This document shows positions 11,462-22,243 of a stretch of DNA of 64,000 bases, one piece after another. Every line of letters begins with the position of its first letter. Within the stretch, counting starts at the first letter, position 1. Under the pieces are notes generated by a model. That model saw only the letters and a program-made list of their open reading frames with translations, searched no databases and was not told where the DNA came from. Both the position numbers and the translations under genes were made by a program. The stretch comes from Bilabrum cf. latius (Eukaryota): contig OZ237756.1 in assembly GCA_965178125.1 (NCBI GenBank), positions 806,001-870,000 on the forward strand, in the 5' to 3' direction.

Positions 11462-12961
11462 ATGATAAATTATGAAAATGTGTTAAATCAATTAAATATA
11501 TGCTTTGGTAAAAAGTATGATAACCCCATTCAATCCGTGAAGTATCTAGAAAAGGTATTTAACGGTAAGCCCATAACTACAAAGAACCTTTATAAACTTG
11601 TTTCAGGTTTAAAAATGGATATAGAGATTAGAGAGAAAGACGATATAAAGGTCTATTATCTAAGTAGGAAAAAAGAGAGTTTTAAAAGGGTTTGTTTAGA
11701 ATATAAAGATGGTTCATTTAAAGCCGTCTAGAGGATGAAACCTTTATTTGTGCGGTGCCATAAATCTATGGTTGTTAAATTAACCGATAAAGCCGAAATA
11801 ATTGAAAAAGATAAATATAGAGTTGAGAGCCTAACCGATTATCATTCAAAGAAATATTATCTTCATTACACCATTCACGAATGCCCAGAGGATGAAGATA
11901 TCAAAGAATGGAGCTTAAGGCTGAGTATAGCAAGTGATGAATTACACGACGAGAACCCATCATTAGATGTAATGAAATATGGAATCAGACAAACAGCCCT
12001 TCATTTCTTTACAATGTTTAATATGATGATAGATAGCCCACCAGATATAACCCCAGAGGAAGCGGTATTTATTGAAGGTTCAACGCGTGGCGGGATTCAA
12101 TATCACAAGAAGGGACAATATGAGGAGTTTATCACCTACGATATAAATAGTCATTACCCCGCCATTATGTCATCTAATTCACTACTACCATATGGAAATC
12201 CTATTTATAAAACAATTGATAATAAATAGATAAATAATAAAAACGAAATAGGGATTTATAAATGTAAGGTGAGCCAAGGGAAATGCGACCCGAATATCTT
12301 TCAAATGATGAAGGTATTTGAAAATGAATTTACTTATTATGTCTTTACAGATATGAATATGTTTGTTAAATATGGTTGTGAGATAGAGATGTCAAGCGAC
12401 GAATTTAATTTTATGACCTATGATAAATTTATCAAAAGTGAAACACTTTTTAAATCCTATGTCTCAATGTTCTACAAATTAAAAAGCAAATCATATCTAG
12501 CAAAAGAAATATTAAATTCATTATGGGGTAAATTATGTAGTTCCTCTAAAAAGACAATTACATCAAAAGACGATAAAAAAATAAATATAGATAAATTTGA
12601 TATTGACCGTGTAGAAATGGATAATGACGGAGAATTTATTTATCATTTAAAACATAAAGTACCCTTTAAATATAGCTGGGGAAAATTGAAACCTTTTATT
12701 CTGGCATATGGAAGACAACGATTGATGAAGAAAGTGAATAAGAACAACGCTAAACATATTATACGAATTCACACCGACAGTATCACATTTAACAAAAGAT
12801 TAAATTTTAAAGTAGGTAAAGAATTAGGTGAATATAAAAAAGAATAGATAAATGAAGAAGGATAGAAATTAATTATCCACGGATAGAATGATTTAATGGT
12901 CGTAAATGAAAAAGAAGAAATTATATCAAGGAAAGGAAAAAAAGGCGGTTTAATGCTTTGA
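11462..12961 (+). CDS. polB: Family B DNA polymerase (pPolB-like), short 499-aa form
   Basis: TRGG, YDINSHYP (motif A), KEILNSLWGK (motif B), RIHTDSI (motif C); three track ORFs in one frame separated only by TAG; TGA stop. Confidence 0.88.
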
Positions 12962-12988
12962 ATTAAATATTTATTAATTATATAATAT

Positions 12989-13147
12989 ATGATTAATATT
13001 ATTAGTAATATCTTTGTTTAGTATGCTATTAAGAAGGCATTAAAGAAGGTAAAAAATAAATTAATGAAGAATCCAAATAATAAAAGACTCTATGAAGAAT
13101 ATAGAAAAAAAACGGCTCACGCTATTAAAAAATTATCATTTTATTAA
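12989..13147 (+). CDS. Small basic viral hypothetical protein (52 aa)
   Basis: ATG after TATAATAT, one TAG, fills the gap between genes. Confidence 0.4.
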
Positions 13148-13155
13148 TTATACAA

Positions 13156-13863
13156 ATGAATGATAATATACCTAGTTATATTAATAATCCTAAAATTTAC
13201 AAAAAAGCAATCCAAGAAGTAAATAGAACGTATAAAAAACCATCAGCTTATCGTTCATTAGCCTATCTAAAAAAATATAAACAACTAGGGGGGACATATG
13301 ATAAAATTAAATTAAATGAAGCATAGAAAAATTTAAGAAGGTGGAAATTAGAGGATTGGAAGAATTAGAAGGGAGAAAAGGGATATTAGGAAAAAGGAGA
13401 TATATATAGACCCACTAAAAGAATAAATAAAGAGACCCCTTTAACCTTTGGAGAATTAGACACGGAAGAAATAGAGGAAGCAATGAAGGAAAAATTTAAT
13501 AACGGACACGTGAAATCATTTAGACCTAAACCAGTTTTTAATTTATATAAATCAACTAAATCAAATAAAAAATATATGATTAAAGTAGTTCAAGGTAATA
13601 ATATTCTGTTTACTGTTCATTTTGGTGGAATTAAGAATGATGGTACCCCTTATATGGACTTTATACAATATTATAATAAAGATGGAGAGAAGGAAGCAAA
13701 CCGTAAAAAGAAAAATTATATTAAAAGACATTCAATAAATGAAGACTTTAAAGACTATAAATCCCCCGCTTTTTGGTCTAGGTTTGTATTATGGAATGAA
13801 CCAACATTAAAAGATAGCTTTATGGACGCCGTAGATAGAGCTAAAAAATTAATGAAAGTTTAA
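13156..13863 (+). CDS. Fusion of two small domains common in giant viruses/virophages (DUF5872-like plus DUF5754-like)
   Basis: N-terminal PSAYRS..KKYK.LGG.Y...RW..EDW...YRPTKRI..ETP; C-terminal KKYM...VHFG...Y.D...Y..RH...SPAFWSR..LW. Family names recalled, not searched. Confidence 0.65.
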
Positions 13864-13916
13864 TATTATAGGTTTGATATAAGTTTTAGTTTTTCTCTTA
13901 TTTATATATACAAAAA

Positions 13917-14438
13917 ATGAGCTTAGCAAGATTATCGCAACCTAATGATATATCTATTCAATGTAAGAATGTCGCAACTGGTAGATTAGATAGTAGTGGT
14001 CTATATGTAAATGCTGTTGTGAATAGTAGTGATGTAGTTGTTAGCAACGCAGGATTACATCTTGACAGTAAGGGTATCTCTTACATCACTTCGGGTGAAG
14101 CTTTACGATTCGGTGCCAATACCGCATCTGCTGGTTTAGTTATGAGTTTTGATGAAGACGGTCACGAATGTGATTTAACCGTAAAAGGTGAAGTAGTAGC
14201 AAATAACACCGTAGCGCATAAAGGAAGGGTAAATTGGAGTGGTGGAGGTGCTACTGAATTTGCTAGTGTTCCGGGTATGACTTCTAGTGATTTGGTTTTT
14301 ATTACTACAATCACCCCCGCCAGTGAGCCGGTTGAATTTTCCCACGTAGTAGCAGGAACCGATGGATTTACGATTCATTTAACGGGTGGTAATTCCTCTA
14401 ATGATTGGTCCGCTAATTGGATGGTTATTAAAGGTTGA
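13917..14438 (+). CDS. Putative beta-rich fibre/spike-like virion protein
   Basis: Intact 173-aa G/S/V/T-rich ORF with the TATATA..AAAAATG context shared with capsid genes. Confidence 0.55.
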   Translation: MSLARLSQPNDISIQCKNVATGRLDSSGLYVNAVVNSSDVVVSNAGLHLDSKGISYITSGEALRFGANTASAGLVMSFDEDGHECDLTVKGEVVANNTVAHKGRVNWSGGGATEFASVPGMTSSDLVFITTITPASEPVEFSHVVAGTDGFTIHLTGGNSSNDWSANWMVIKG

Positions 14439-14478
14439 AAAATCTTTTTATTTATAAAAAATAAATAAATAGATAAAT

Positions 14479-14781
14479 TTAAATTGATATCTCCGGTGGT
14501 TTAATCCCGCTATTAAGCAGGGTTTGATTAAGTTTTTTGATATATTCCTCTAGTATATCCTTTTTTGGTTCTTTGAGATTTTTTTGGTGTTTCTTCGTTC
14601 GTTCGTGTCTCGTTCTGTCCTTCCTTCTATAATAACAATCACACACATCGCATTTAACTTTTTCATTTCCTCTAGCTAAATATTTTTTATTCCATTTGTC
14701 TTTGTTTGTTTTGTAATATTCCTACATATAATTAATTTTTGGTTGTTCCTATGTATTGCTTGAACTCTAAATATCGCTCAT
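14479..14781 (-). CDS. Small C2H2 (U1/matrin-like) zinc-finger protein (100 aa)
   Basis: VKCDVCDCYIRRKDRTRHERTKKH; three TAGs near the N-terminus; promoter motif 28 nt upstream. Confidence 0.75.
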
Positions 14782-14839
14782 CACTATATATTATATAAAT
14801 ATATAATGTTTAAGTTATTTTAAACACATAAAAAAGGTA

Positions 14840-17617
14840 TTAAATATTCTAATCTAATCGTTCGTTGGATTCCTTGTATACGTCCTTCATTTCGGGATAC
14901 TAATATTTATAAACTTCATCAAATAATTCTTTCTCCTTGGTGAATTTAATTCTTAATTCTCTATCCTTTTTATCCTTTTTATTCCCCATACTCCAGGAGG
15001 TTTTGATATTTCCAAATAACTACTTATATAATTTTACGATTGCCCCGTGTAATTCACTATCGGTTTCTATTGGCTTCTATAATCTCGCCCCGCTTACTTC
15101 TACATATCTTTTACCCATTTCTATATATTTAATGGATTTCTCATTTTTACGTGTATAACTTAAATCAAATTTATTCAATTTAAGCGTCTATAACATCTCC
15201 TACAATATGATTATTTTATTCTTTGTACTTTTTGCTTTTTCATCCTTAAAATCCTTTCTATCCTTTAATTCTGTCATTAGTTTATATTTATCTTTTCTCT
15301 TGAAATTAGCATAATTAAAATAATTCATTAATTTGTAATTATCAATTAATAACATTTTAATATCCTCCGTTATGGCTGTCTCTGGTAGCCCTAAAATTTC
15401 AATTCTTCTTTTTATATGGTCGTTCTCTACATCAAATGAATCAATCTTTTCTTGTAGTATCTCCATTGTCGCCTCTTTCATCTGCTATTTATTCATTCGT
15501 TGTGGTAATTCCTTATCCACCTATACATCGGCACCCCTGTTTTTAAGAATAAGCTATAAATGAATATATTTATTTGTTTCGTATGTATCACATTTGAAAT
15601 TATATAATTTCTTGAGTGGTAAATAAACCTTATATGATGCCTCTATCATTGCTTTATGGGCTATCTCTTCATCATCTTCTCCCTCAAAAATATCAATGTC
15701 AATATCATTCTCCTACATTATCCTTTTTTCGTATTTTTCTAATTTAGTATATAAATCTGTCTATGCGTTAATTTCCATATTTAAGGTCGTCTATACCTCC
15801 TTTAAATTCTCATATCTTGGATAAATGGATTTTACATCTTCAAAATATATATTCATATATTCGGGATTTCTACATCTTGCCAGTTGCTACATCATCTACG
15901 GCGGTAGAATCGTTTTTCCTTTATATAATCCATACACTGGGCGTTCCATTACACTATCTAATCCGTAAATGACTTTAGGACTAAATATAATTTTATCATA
16001 TTTATCTAAGCTCACATCTTCATCAGGTAATAAATCACTAGTAATTAATTTAACGTCCTCTATACCATCTTTACATAACATTTTATAAAATGTATCTGCG
16101 TTCTTCTTGCTATCACACGCCAGTATAAATTTATCTTCACTTTTTAATTTATCGTAAAATTTCTATTGGTCTTTTTCAAAATATACTTTTACGTCCTTAA
16201 AATGCTTATATTTATTCTTAATGAAGCTAAATTCTACTCCAGCACATTTTAAAAATTTCATCGCTATCTGGGATATGTCAGCATCTACAGCAATAAACTA
16301 TTTACACGTCCTTATCATTTTTAAAATAATAAATAATACAAGAACCCTATTATTATTCATCGTGGTAGAACTTAATATATGCTCTATAATGCTATTGAAT
16401 TCATCCAAGAATACGATGTATTTAGAAAAATCATAATTCACAATTTGGGGGATACTTTCCGGCGTAATAATAAGAGACTATCCAAAATCAAAATCTTTAT
16501 TCTGGTAGAACTCACATTTAATATCTTCATTTAAAAAGCTCTCGTATTGCTCTGTGCCTAAACATACACGGGACACAATGGATAAGAACGGCGTTTGAAC
16601 CTGTTTAATATACTTCTTAAATGCTGTTGTTTTACCTGTTCCTGTATCACTTTTTACCACATAGTTATATTCATATTTAAAAAAGCGTTCGGGCTTCTCT
16701 ATATCATCTAACTTAGGTTTATTAATTTCTGTATACCCGTTAATATTCTCGTCATAAGGACGATAATAACACTTTGAAATATACTTATCCTTCACAAATG
16801 CCTTTAAACTTTTATCATTCTAAATTATTGAATTAACTAAATTAAAGGTTTTTAACTTATCAAAATAATGGATAGAGTTCCACACCTTGTTATTTTTGTG
16901 GTAGTCGTATTTATTGCCCTTCTTGCTCCACTCCTACCATTCCTTCTTAAATCCTAAATATTTACTCGCTAGGGTTGCTTTATACCAATCACTATAATTA
17001 TTTAAATATTTCTTATCTAATCTATTTAATATAATTGACCAGTCTTTACCATTTAGAATGAATTTCATCATACAGTTATTCACATCTTGATTATCAATTT
17101 TTGATATCCTTTTACTCGCCCCTTTTACGTTGGATTTCTTAGAGGATTTAATAATATACTTTTCATAAAATTTATAAAGCTCCTTAGGACATTTTTTTAT
17201 TTCTACATTATTAATAACTTCGTATTTTGACCCATTTATGCCACTTGGTGGTGCCACTACATAAGCCCCATCATTACGAATATCAACGTCAATATCTCTA
17301 TTGGTGGTAGTTAATATATTCTAATCATATTTAAAATATAAATGATACCCTCCACCCGCTGTTTTAACCGTGAATGTGTTGAACCGCTTCACAAAGTCAT
17401 CTGAAAATTTCTTGATGAATAAATGCTCCTTCTTATCGCTCCATTTATATGAATCAATATCAAACACGGTTATATTATTAATTTCTCCGGTGATAATAGC
17501 CATATTCTGATTATTGAATCGTTTAGGCTCGGGTTTGGTGAGATAACGCCAGCTTTTAACATCGGGTATTTTTTGATTGTGCTTGATGGGGAAACTTACG
17601 AGGTTTTTATTATTCAT
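14840..17617 (-). CDS. Bifunctional Prim-Pol (AEP) + PriCT-2 + SF2 helicase (herpes UL9/origin-binding-protein-like) fusion, 925 aa
   Basis: AIITG...VFDID, KTAGGGYHLYF, DIRNDGAYVVAPPS; NYSDWYK...W[Q]EWSK; KSDTGTGKT, VFLDEFNS, SPKVIYGLD, MM[Q]QLARCR; five track ORFs in one frame. Confidence 0.88.
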
Positions 17618-17777
17618 TTTCTATATATATTATTAGAAATATATTTTTAAACTATTTTAAACGCCATATTTAATTATAGAGGGCTTAAAGGGGCTATAAT
17701 AATTAATGAAGGTGAAAGGTGATTTTTGCCATTTAGCCCTAAAAAATAGATTGTGATATGAATGGTGTATTTTAACA

Positions 17778-17980
17778 CCTTCTAAAGTGATGGAACTATT
17801 TTTTAAAATTATCTTAAGGTCCCATACCACCTTCACAAGAGGCCCTACATCCACATTTTGCTAGAAATACTATATAATTATACGCAATTTGTGGATATAG
17901 CCATCGTATAGATTTTAATATAGCGGTTATATTAAAATATTTAATTAAATTCTAGCCCGTTTATTAAGTTGTAGGGGCTT
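17778..17980 (-). repeat. Dispersed conserved non-coding element, copy 3
   Basis: Reverse-complement match to 5623-5826; begins right after the TAA of gene 17981-18751. Confidence 0.85.
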
Positions 17981-18751
17981 TTAATTATAGATATCTTGTA
18001 GTTTTTCGTGTTCGGCCTTCACATCAAGGGTCAAATATACCCGGCTATTCCAAAACTCAGGGCTGTTTATATCATCGCTATTATTAATATTAAAATTTCT
18101 TTTAATTTTACAAATCATAATTTGTAATTTACGAGGGCTAAACTATTTCTTAAGAGCCTCTACATCGGGTAAATTAATTTCACCAAAGAATACATCATTT
18201 CCATTTACGGACACTTTATACCTATAGTCTCCGTCTTCTAGCCTTTCCAGGTCTCCAATTATTTTTTTGTCTTCCTCAGGTATCATTTCGTCATCAGTTT
18301 CTGCTTCTATCTAGTCTTGTTCGGTACTAACGCTGTTTATTTCGCTTTCACTGTCAGGCTCCATACCGGTTAATTTTTCATCTATTGCGGTCTATCTAAT
18401 TAATTCTGGCGGTTGTAAATCATCTACATCATTATAAATTTTATTATTTGGTGGTTTGTAGTCATTAAATTTATCTAGAATGTATGTTTGCTTAATTTCA
18501 ACTTGGTCGTTATTATCGTGTTGTATCTTCTGTTTCTCTTCTTTCTTGGGTTTTTTGACGGCTTTTTTCTCTTTAATATCACTAACTATATTTTTATTAA
18601 TTAATTTTGGTTTTGAAAACTTACCACCTAAATCTACATACGTAGTAATGGTCTCTAAAATTTTTTGCGTACTATCTGTAATATGGTCTGTAGCCTTATA
18701 AATCTGCTTCATTAGGACAGGATTTTCAATGACATAATTATTAAAGTTCAT
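17981..18751 (-). CDS. Viral hypothetical protein (256 aa)
   Basis: Track ORF 18392-18751 extends through TAGs to TAA 17981. Confidence 0.7.
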
Positions 18752-18969
18752 ATCTATAATACTAAGTTATAATTTTTGAGTTTTAAAAAAACGCTTAGAG
18801 GTGGGGGGGTTATGTGGGGGTTATCCCTGCCTATAGGCTAGGGTTATGAAGGGGGTTATGTGATGTATAGGCATAGATTAATACTTTAGAACCCTGTATC
18901 ATTTCAATCATCCAATCTTATGGTGGGTAAGCACCTTAAATTTTGTAAATCCCCCTACGGTCAAGGGGC

Positions 18970-19701
18970 TTACTCCTCCTCACTCTCAGCATTGGCCACC
19001 TGTGGGTCCTCCTCAGCATCAGACACAGCGTCCGGTTCCGGCTCGCGTTCCGGCTCCACATCCACGACAGCATCCGCTCTTGGCTTCAGTTTTCCATCTC
19101 CAGTCGTCCACTTCCTTGAAGGCGGGGCAGGCTTGGGTTCGGCACGGGGTTGGATGTCCGCCGTCTCGTTGTCGGGTTCACCAGCTTCAGCCCTCTGTTT
19201 AGCCTTCAGCTCGGCCAGTCTTTTCAGGGCACCCCGTCCTTTCCCCTTCTTCCCTCGCACACCCTTGGGCTTGCGCTTGGGTTTGGGCTTGGGCTTGGAT
19301 GGCATCTTGTCCGGCTCGTCCGCGGTCATATCGCTCATCGTGTTGTCGCCAGAAATAGGCTCTTCCACACTAGCCTGTTCATTTAAAATCTACTTGAGCG
19401 CTTCAGAACGGCAGGAACTGATGAACGCATCAACGTCTAAGTTGAGGTCGTACGCAAAAGCCCTAGCCTACTCCTACGCAAAACGTAGATTGTTGAGTCC
19501 ATACTACGCAATGGTGCTCGTAGTAATGAAATCCTCTTGTCGTACCTTTTTACATCCAAAACGCAGCTCGAGCTACATCCGCTACATCTAGATGACAAAT
19601 GGTGCTACTTCCTCCAAAATCTTCATGACCAGAAGCTTGCTCTACCGCTAGGCTTTCCGGACTTGGTTCTTTTGCGTATGCTCCCGTCTAGGCTTGGGCA
19701 T
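18970..19701 (-). CDS. Terminal-module hypothetical protein (243 aa) with basic NLS-like and acidic C-terminal regions
   Basis: ATG 19701, many in-frame TAG, KPKPKPKRKPKGVRGKKGKGR, TAA stop. Confidence 0.65.
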
Positions 19702-19731
19702 AATAATAAATTGGTTGCTATAAGTGAATGT

Positions 19732-19781
19732 TTAGACCGCCACATTTCCTAAGAAATGCTGGCTTCCAATATTCAGGTCCA
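19732..19781 (-). promoter_or_regulatory. 50-bp direct repeat (partner at 21735-21784) with dyad CATTTC-N4-GAAATG and CCAAT; putative promoter
   Basis: 47/50 identical copies, each about 30 nt upstream of the first coding base of a minus-strand gene. Confidence 0.65.
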
Positions 19782-19953
19782 GATTTAGCAGGTGTGATGA
19801 GTGTTTGTCGCCACGTCCTTCTCATCCAGCACACGACCAACCGAGACCACTAGAGACCAAACCAGACACTGAGAAATAATTAATTAATATATTTCAATCT
19901 CATCATTCCAAATCCTCCTAACTAATTATAATATCGTAGAGCTATCCACCTAC

Positions 19954-20730
19954 TCACTCCCAAAAATGCTCGGAAGTGAAGGGGTCCTCACCGAGAAGAA
20001 CGTCCAGTTCATCAAGACCGTCCTCCATTGGACTTGATGGAATAGGTGGAAGCCCATCACCCACGTCAAAGCCACCCGCACCAGCACCCATATCATCCCC
20101 TCCCACAGATGACGCGTCAAATTCACCAGCACCAGCACCAGCACCATCACCGAGTGAAGGCGGGGCATACGCGGAGCCACCAGCGTAGTATCCAGCACCG
20201 GACGAAGGCGGGGCAGATGAAGCCTAACCACCAGCACCAGCACCATCACCGAGTGAACGCGGGGCATACGACGCGGAGCCACCCGCCACAGCGCCGGACG
20301 AAGGCGGGGCAGATGAAGCGGAGCCACCAGCACCAGCACCGAGTGAAGGTGGGGCAGATGAAGCGGAGCCACCAGCACGTAATCCCTGGATCCTCTAATT
20401 AATAATATCGATACGCTCCGTACTCATAGTGAGTTTGTCCTGTACCCGCTTCACGAACTACAGCGCCTCATTACACCGGTAATCTAGGTCCAAGACCTTC
20501 TTTGACTGCTCAGAGGACATAAACTGTACCACTGAACGAATGTTAATATCCAAATTAATACCCTCCCTCCTAAGCTCGTGCTCGGCTGTGCGGTACGCCT
20601 CCTCGGCGCTCTTCAGTTCGCCGGCAAACTTGTCATTCTGCTTCCGCTCCTTCTTCAGTAGCTTGTTCAATCCCCGTACATCCTAATTATAAATACCTTT
20701 AGAATTAATCCATTGACTAGTAGCCATCAT
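19954..20730 (-). CDS. Terminal-module protein (258 aa): helical N-terminus, G/A/S/P repeats, acidic-aromatic tail
   Basis: MMATSQWINSKG... open with TAG=Q to TGA 19954; tail DGLDELDVLLGEDPFTSEHFWE. Confidence 0.65.
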
Positions 20731-21035
20731 CGTTGAGCCTCGTTGGTATGAGAACCGAGCTGCGGTGTTGTACGGCAAAAAAAGATCACCTTGCTATCTC
20801 GCGCTATTCATTAGATACAAACTTTCAGACCAACCTGATACAATTAATACACAACAAAATTAATTCTGTGTGTCCCACCCGACATAATTGAAGGAATTAT
20901 AACTTGATGTACGGGGGATTGTGGCAGTCCACGGCACGCGCTAAAAAAACTTATTTATTAATTGTTGAGTATAGATACAATCGGCATCGCCTGCTCGCCA
21001 GCAGTAGAAGCACACCACCAAGCACCAACGACCAA

Positions 21036-21701
21036 TCAATCCACCTCCATCTCGTCCTCGCTAGCCTCCCCGTCCTCCAGCATTGGGGTTGAGTTCTTGG
21101 TTCCTCGAATGTCGGATATGGTGTTGGCACCACCGCCAGGGTTGGCATCAGCCAAAGCAAGACGATTATTCACGAGGTCGGCAATGTTGAACCCGAATTT
21201 AGCCCTCATCGTTGACTGTACAGGTCGCATAAGCGGGTGAGACTTCACAGCCACCATCTTCTCCGCCTCGTTCTTGGACAGCACATCGTAGTGGGCGTGT
21301 AGGTGTATCATCGTGAGCACCTGATACAGCATCACAGCCCGCTTCTTGGCATCGTGAGGACTTTTACAGCCTTTGACGAAATCCCGCATTGACGCAAGAC
21401 AATCGGCCGGCACTCCCATCTTTATGAGATGATACCCCTGCTCCACCATCTCCTGCTTGATGCTGTCCCGCTTGGCCTCGTAGTCCTGCTGTGCTCCCGC
21501 GATGGCTTTCACATAGCCTTTGAGTTGAGACTTGGTAGCCATAGTCAGTTTGTTGTTCTTGAAGGCGTGGGCACTATCGGGGATGCGACCTTTGACCGTA
21601 AACACCTCTGGCACTGCGATATAGCATATTGGCTTGGGCAGTACAATCTACGTATCAATCCAATACAACCAAATACGCCGGTGTGGTGGGGGTATCTTAC
21701 T
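21036..21701 (-). CDS. Terminal-module hypothetical protein (192 aa); start codon split by an 87-nt GT-AG intron (21700-21614)
   Basis: No in-frame ATG near the 5' end of the ORF; removing GTAAG...CGCAG creates A|TG CCA GAG. Confidence 0.62.
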
Positions 21702-21734
21702 TTTTTCTATTAGCAGTCTATTAAAAGTGAAGGA

Positions 21735-21784
21735 TTAGACCGCCACATTTCCTAAGAAATGCTGAACTCCAATATTCAGGTCCA
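21735..21784 (-). promoter_or_regulatory. Second copy of the 50-bp putative promoter repeat
   Basis: Near-identical to 19732-19781. Confidence 0.65.
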
Positions 21785-21903
21785 TTTTGACGATGACGAG
21801 TGTAGCGAGTTGCTGTTGCGTCTTTGTTCCATTTGTGAAGGTATAAGCGAGGATAAGGGGGTATAATGAAGGTAGTTTAGAAGGTTGAATAATGGAGTCC
21901 CAT

Positions 21904-22040
21904 AAAGTGATGGAACTTTTGGCTAGAAAATGGCTAGAGTCCCATAAAACCTTCACAAGAGGGCTACATCCACGTTTTGATTAGAACTTACTATAATATA
22001 TACCCAAAGTATGGATATGGTCATCGTATAGAGTTTTATA
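21904..22040 (-). repeat. Dispersed conserved non-coding element, copy 4 (most diverged, subterminal)
   Basis: Retains AAAGTGATGGAACT, CCTTCACAAGAGG, CTACATCCACGTTTTG and TGGATAT..TCATCGTAT. Confidence 0.8.
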
Positions 22041-22243
22041 TTAAATTGATTTTATATAATTAGAAGGATAAAGCAGTTATGTGAAGTAGCAGTATGAAGA
22101 GGACCACCTTGACTTTTGGAGCGACTAGCGAGAAAAGGAATGGAGAGAGGGAAGAGCTTTAGCTCTGACTGAACGTAATTATTGATGATGTTAATCATCC
22201 TTAACCGAAGGGAATAAATTTATTTATTACCGTAGCGGGGGGG

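Larger units (their letters stand above)
1..22243. mobile_element. Endogenous virophage (provirophage/EMALE-like element), right portion; left end outside window
   Basis: AT-rich, gene-dense, largely intronless block encoding ATPase, cysteine protease, penton, MCP, PolB and primase-helicase. It switches abruptly after a G7 run (22237-22243) into GC-rich host ARM-repeat coding sequence. Confidence 0.93.

Noticed and set aside
1-18751. Reading the viral genes as nonsense-riddled pseudogenes
   Set aside because: Interruptions are TAG only, frames are otherwise intact over kilobases, and host genes show the same pattern.
1-22243. Bacterial prophage or contaminating contig
   Set aside because: The gene set is virophage-type, shares the host's variant code, includes a predicted spliceosomal intron and joins cleanly into a host exon.
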